A model generated the notes under the pieces. The model had not been told where the DNA came from. It saw only the letters and a list, made by a program, of their open reading frames with translations, and ran no database searches. A stretch of DNA of 20,000 bases from an uncultured virus (IMG/VR IMGVR_UViG_3300033998_000157). Lineage: Duplodnaviria; Heunggongvirae; Uroviricota; Caudoviricetes. Numbering within the stretch: position 1 is the stretch's first letter; each line of letters opens with the position of its first letter. This document shows, in pieces, positions 19,883-20,000 of the stretch. A program made the position numbers and the translations under genes. The stretch is from IMG/VR virus record IMGVR_UViG_3300033998_000157; one strand, 5' to 3'.

Positions 19883-20000
19883 TGCAAGAAGACACTCACC
19901 TCTATAGGTGGGTGATGAATTGCACCTATAGAACACATAAACCCTTCCTAAACACGTATGGCTTAACCAATTCAGTTTTAACTGGCTTACAAATCTCTGC
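19883..20000 (-). mobile_element. Probable end of an IS200/IS605-family element (iscB/isrB/tnpB type), continuing beyond the window
   Basis: Minus strand TGCAATTCATCACCCACCTATAGAGGTGAGTGTCTTCTTGCA is an imperfect hairpin resembling IS200/IS605 subterminal ends I recall from low-GC anaerobes. It is preceded by a short open frame (..KPVKTELVKPYVFRKGLCVL*). Confidence 0.5.

Noticed and set aside
1..20000. Suppressor tRNA, CRISPR array or diversity-generating retroelement
   Set aside because: I saw no cloverleaf, no regularly spaced repeats, no reverse transcriptase and no TR/VR pair by eye. The fibre repeats differ at all base types, not just adenines.

Overview
AT-rich phage-like DNA in two parts. 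The left part (1-~9770, + strand) is a tightly packed virion-structural operon that the supplied ORF track shatters, because it carries about 100 in-frame TAG codons (manual count) and no internal TAA/TGA. Reading through TAG gives eight abutting genes, seven with visible ribosome-binding sites and starts (the first begins upstream of the window). They include three large tail-fibre proteins arranged like T4 gp34/gp35/gp36-37. TAG falls repeatedly where alanine is expected (GNA*T*SKL*T*RTI, NDY*EY, PI*VAGRV, L*N*L**I, M*AV) and aligns with GCT in an internal repeat, so the best reading is an amber-to-ALANINE reassignment. This is not the TAG=Gln code known from gut phages. The right part (9621-19832) holds early/replication-type genes (PolC-type DNA polymerase III, HEAT-repeat protein, winged-HTH protein, hypotheticals) with no in-frame TAG and TAA stops, so they are readable in either code. 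This suggests a genetic-code switch confined to late genes. The window ends in what looks like an IS200/IS605-family end hairpin. No suppressor tRNA or release factor gene is visible here.
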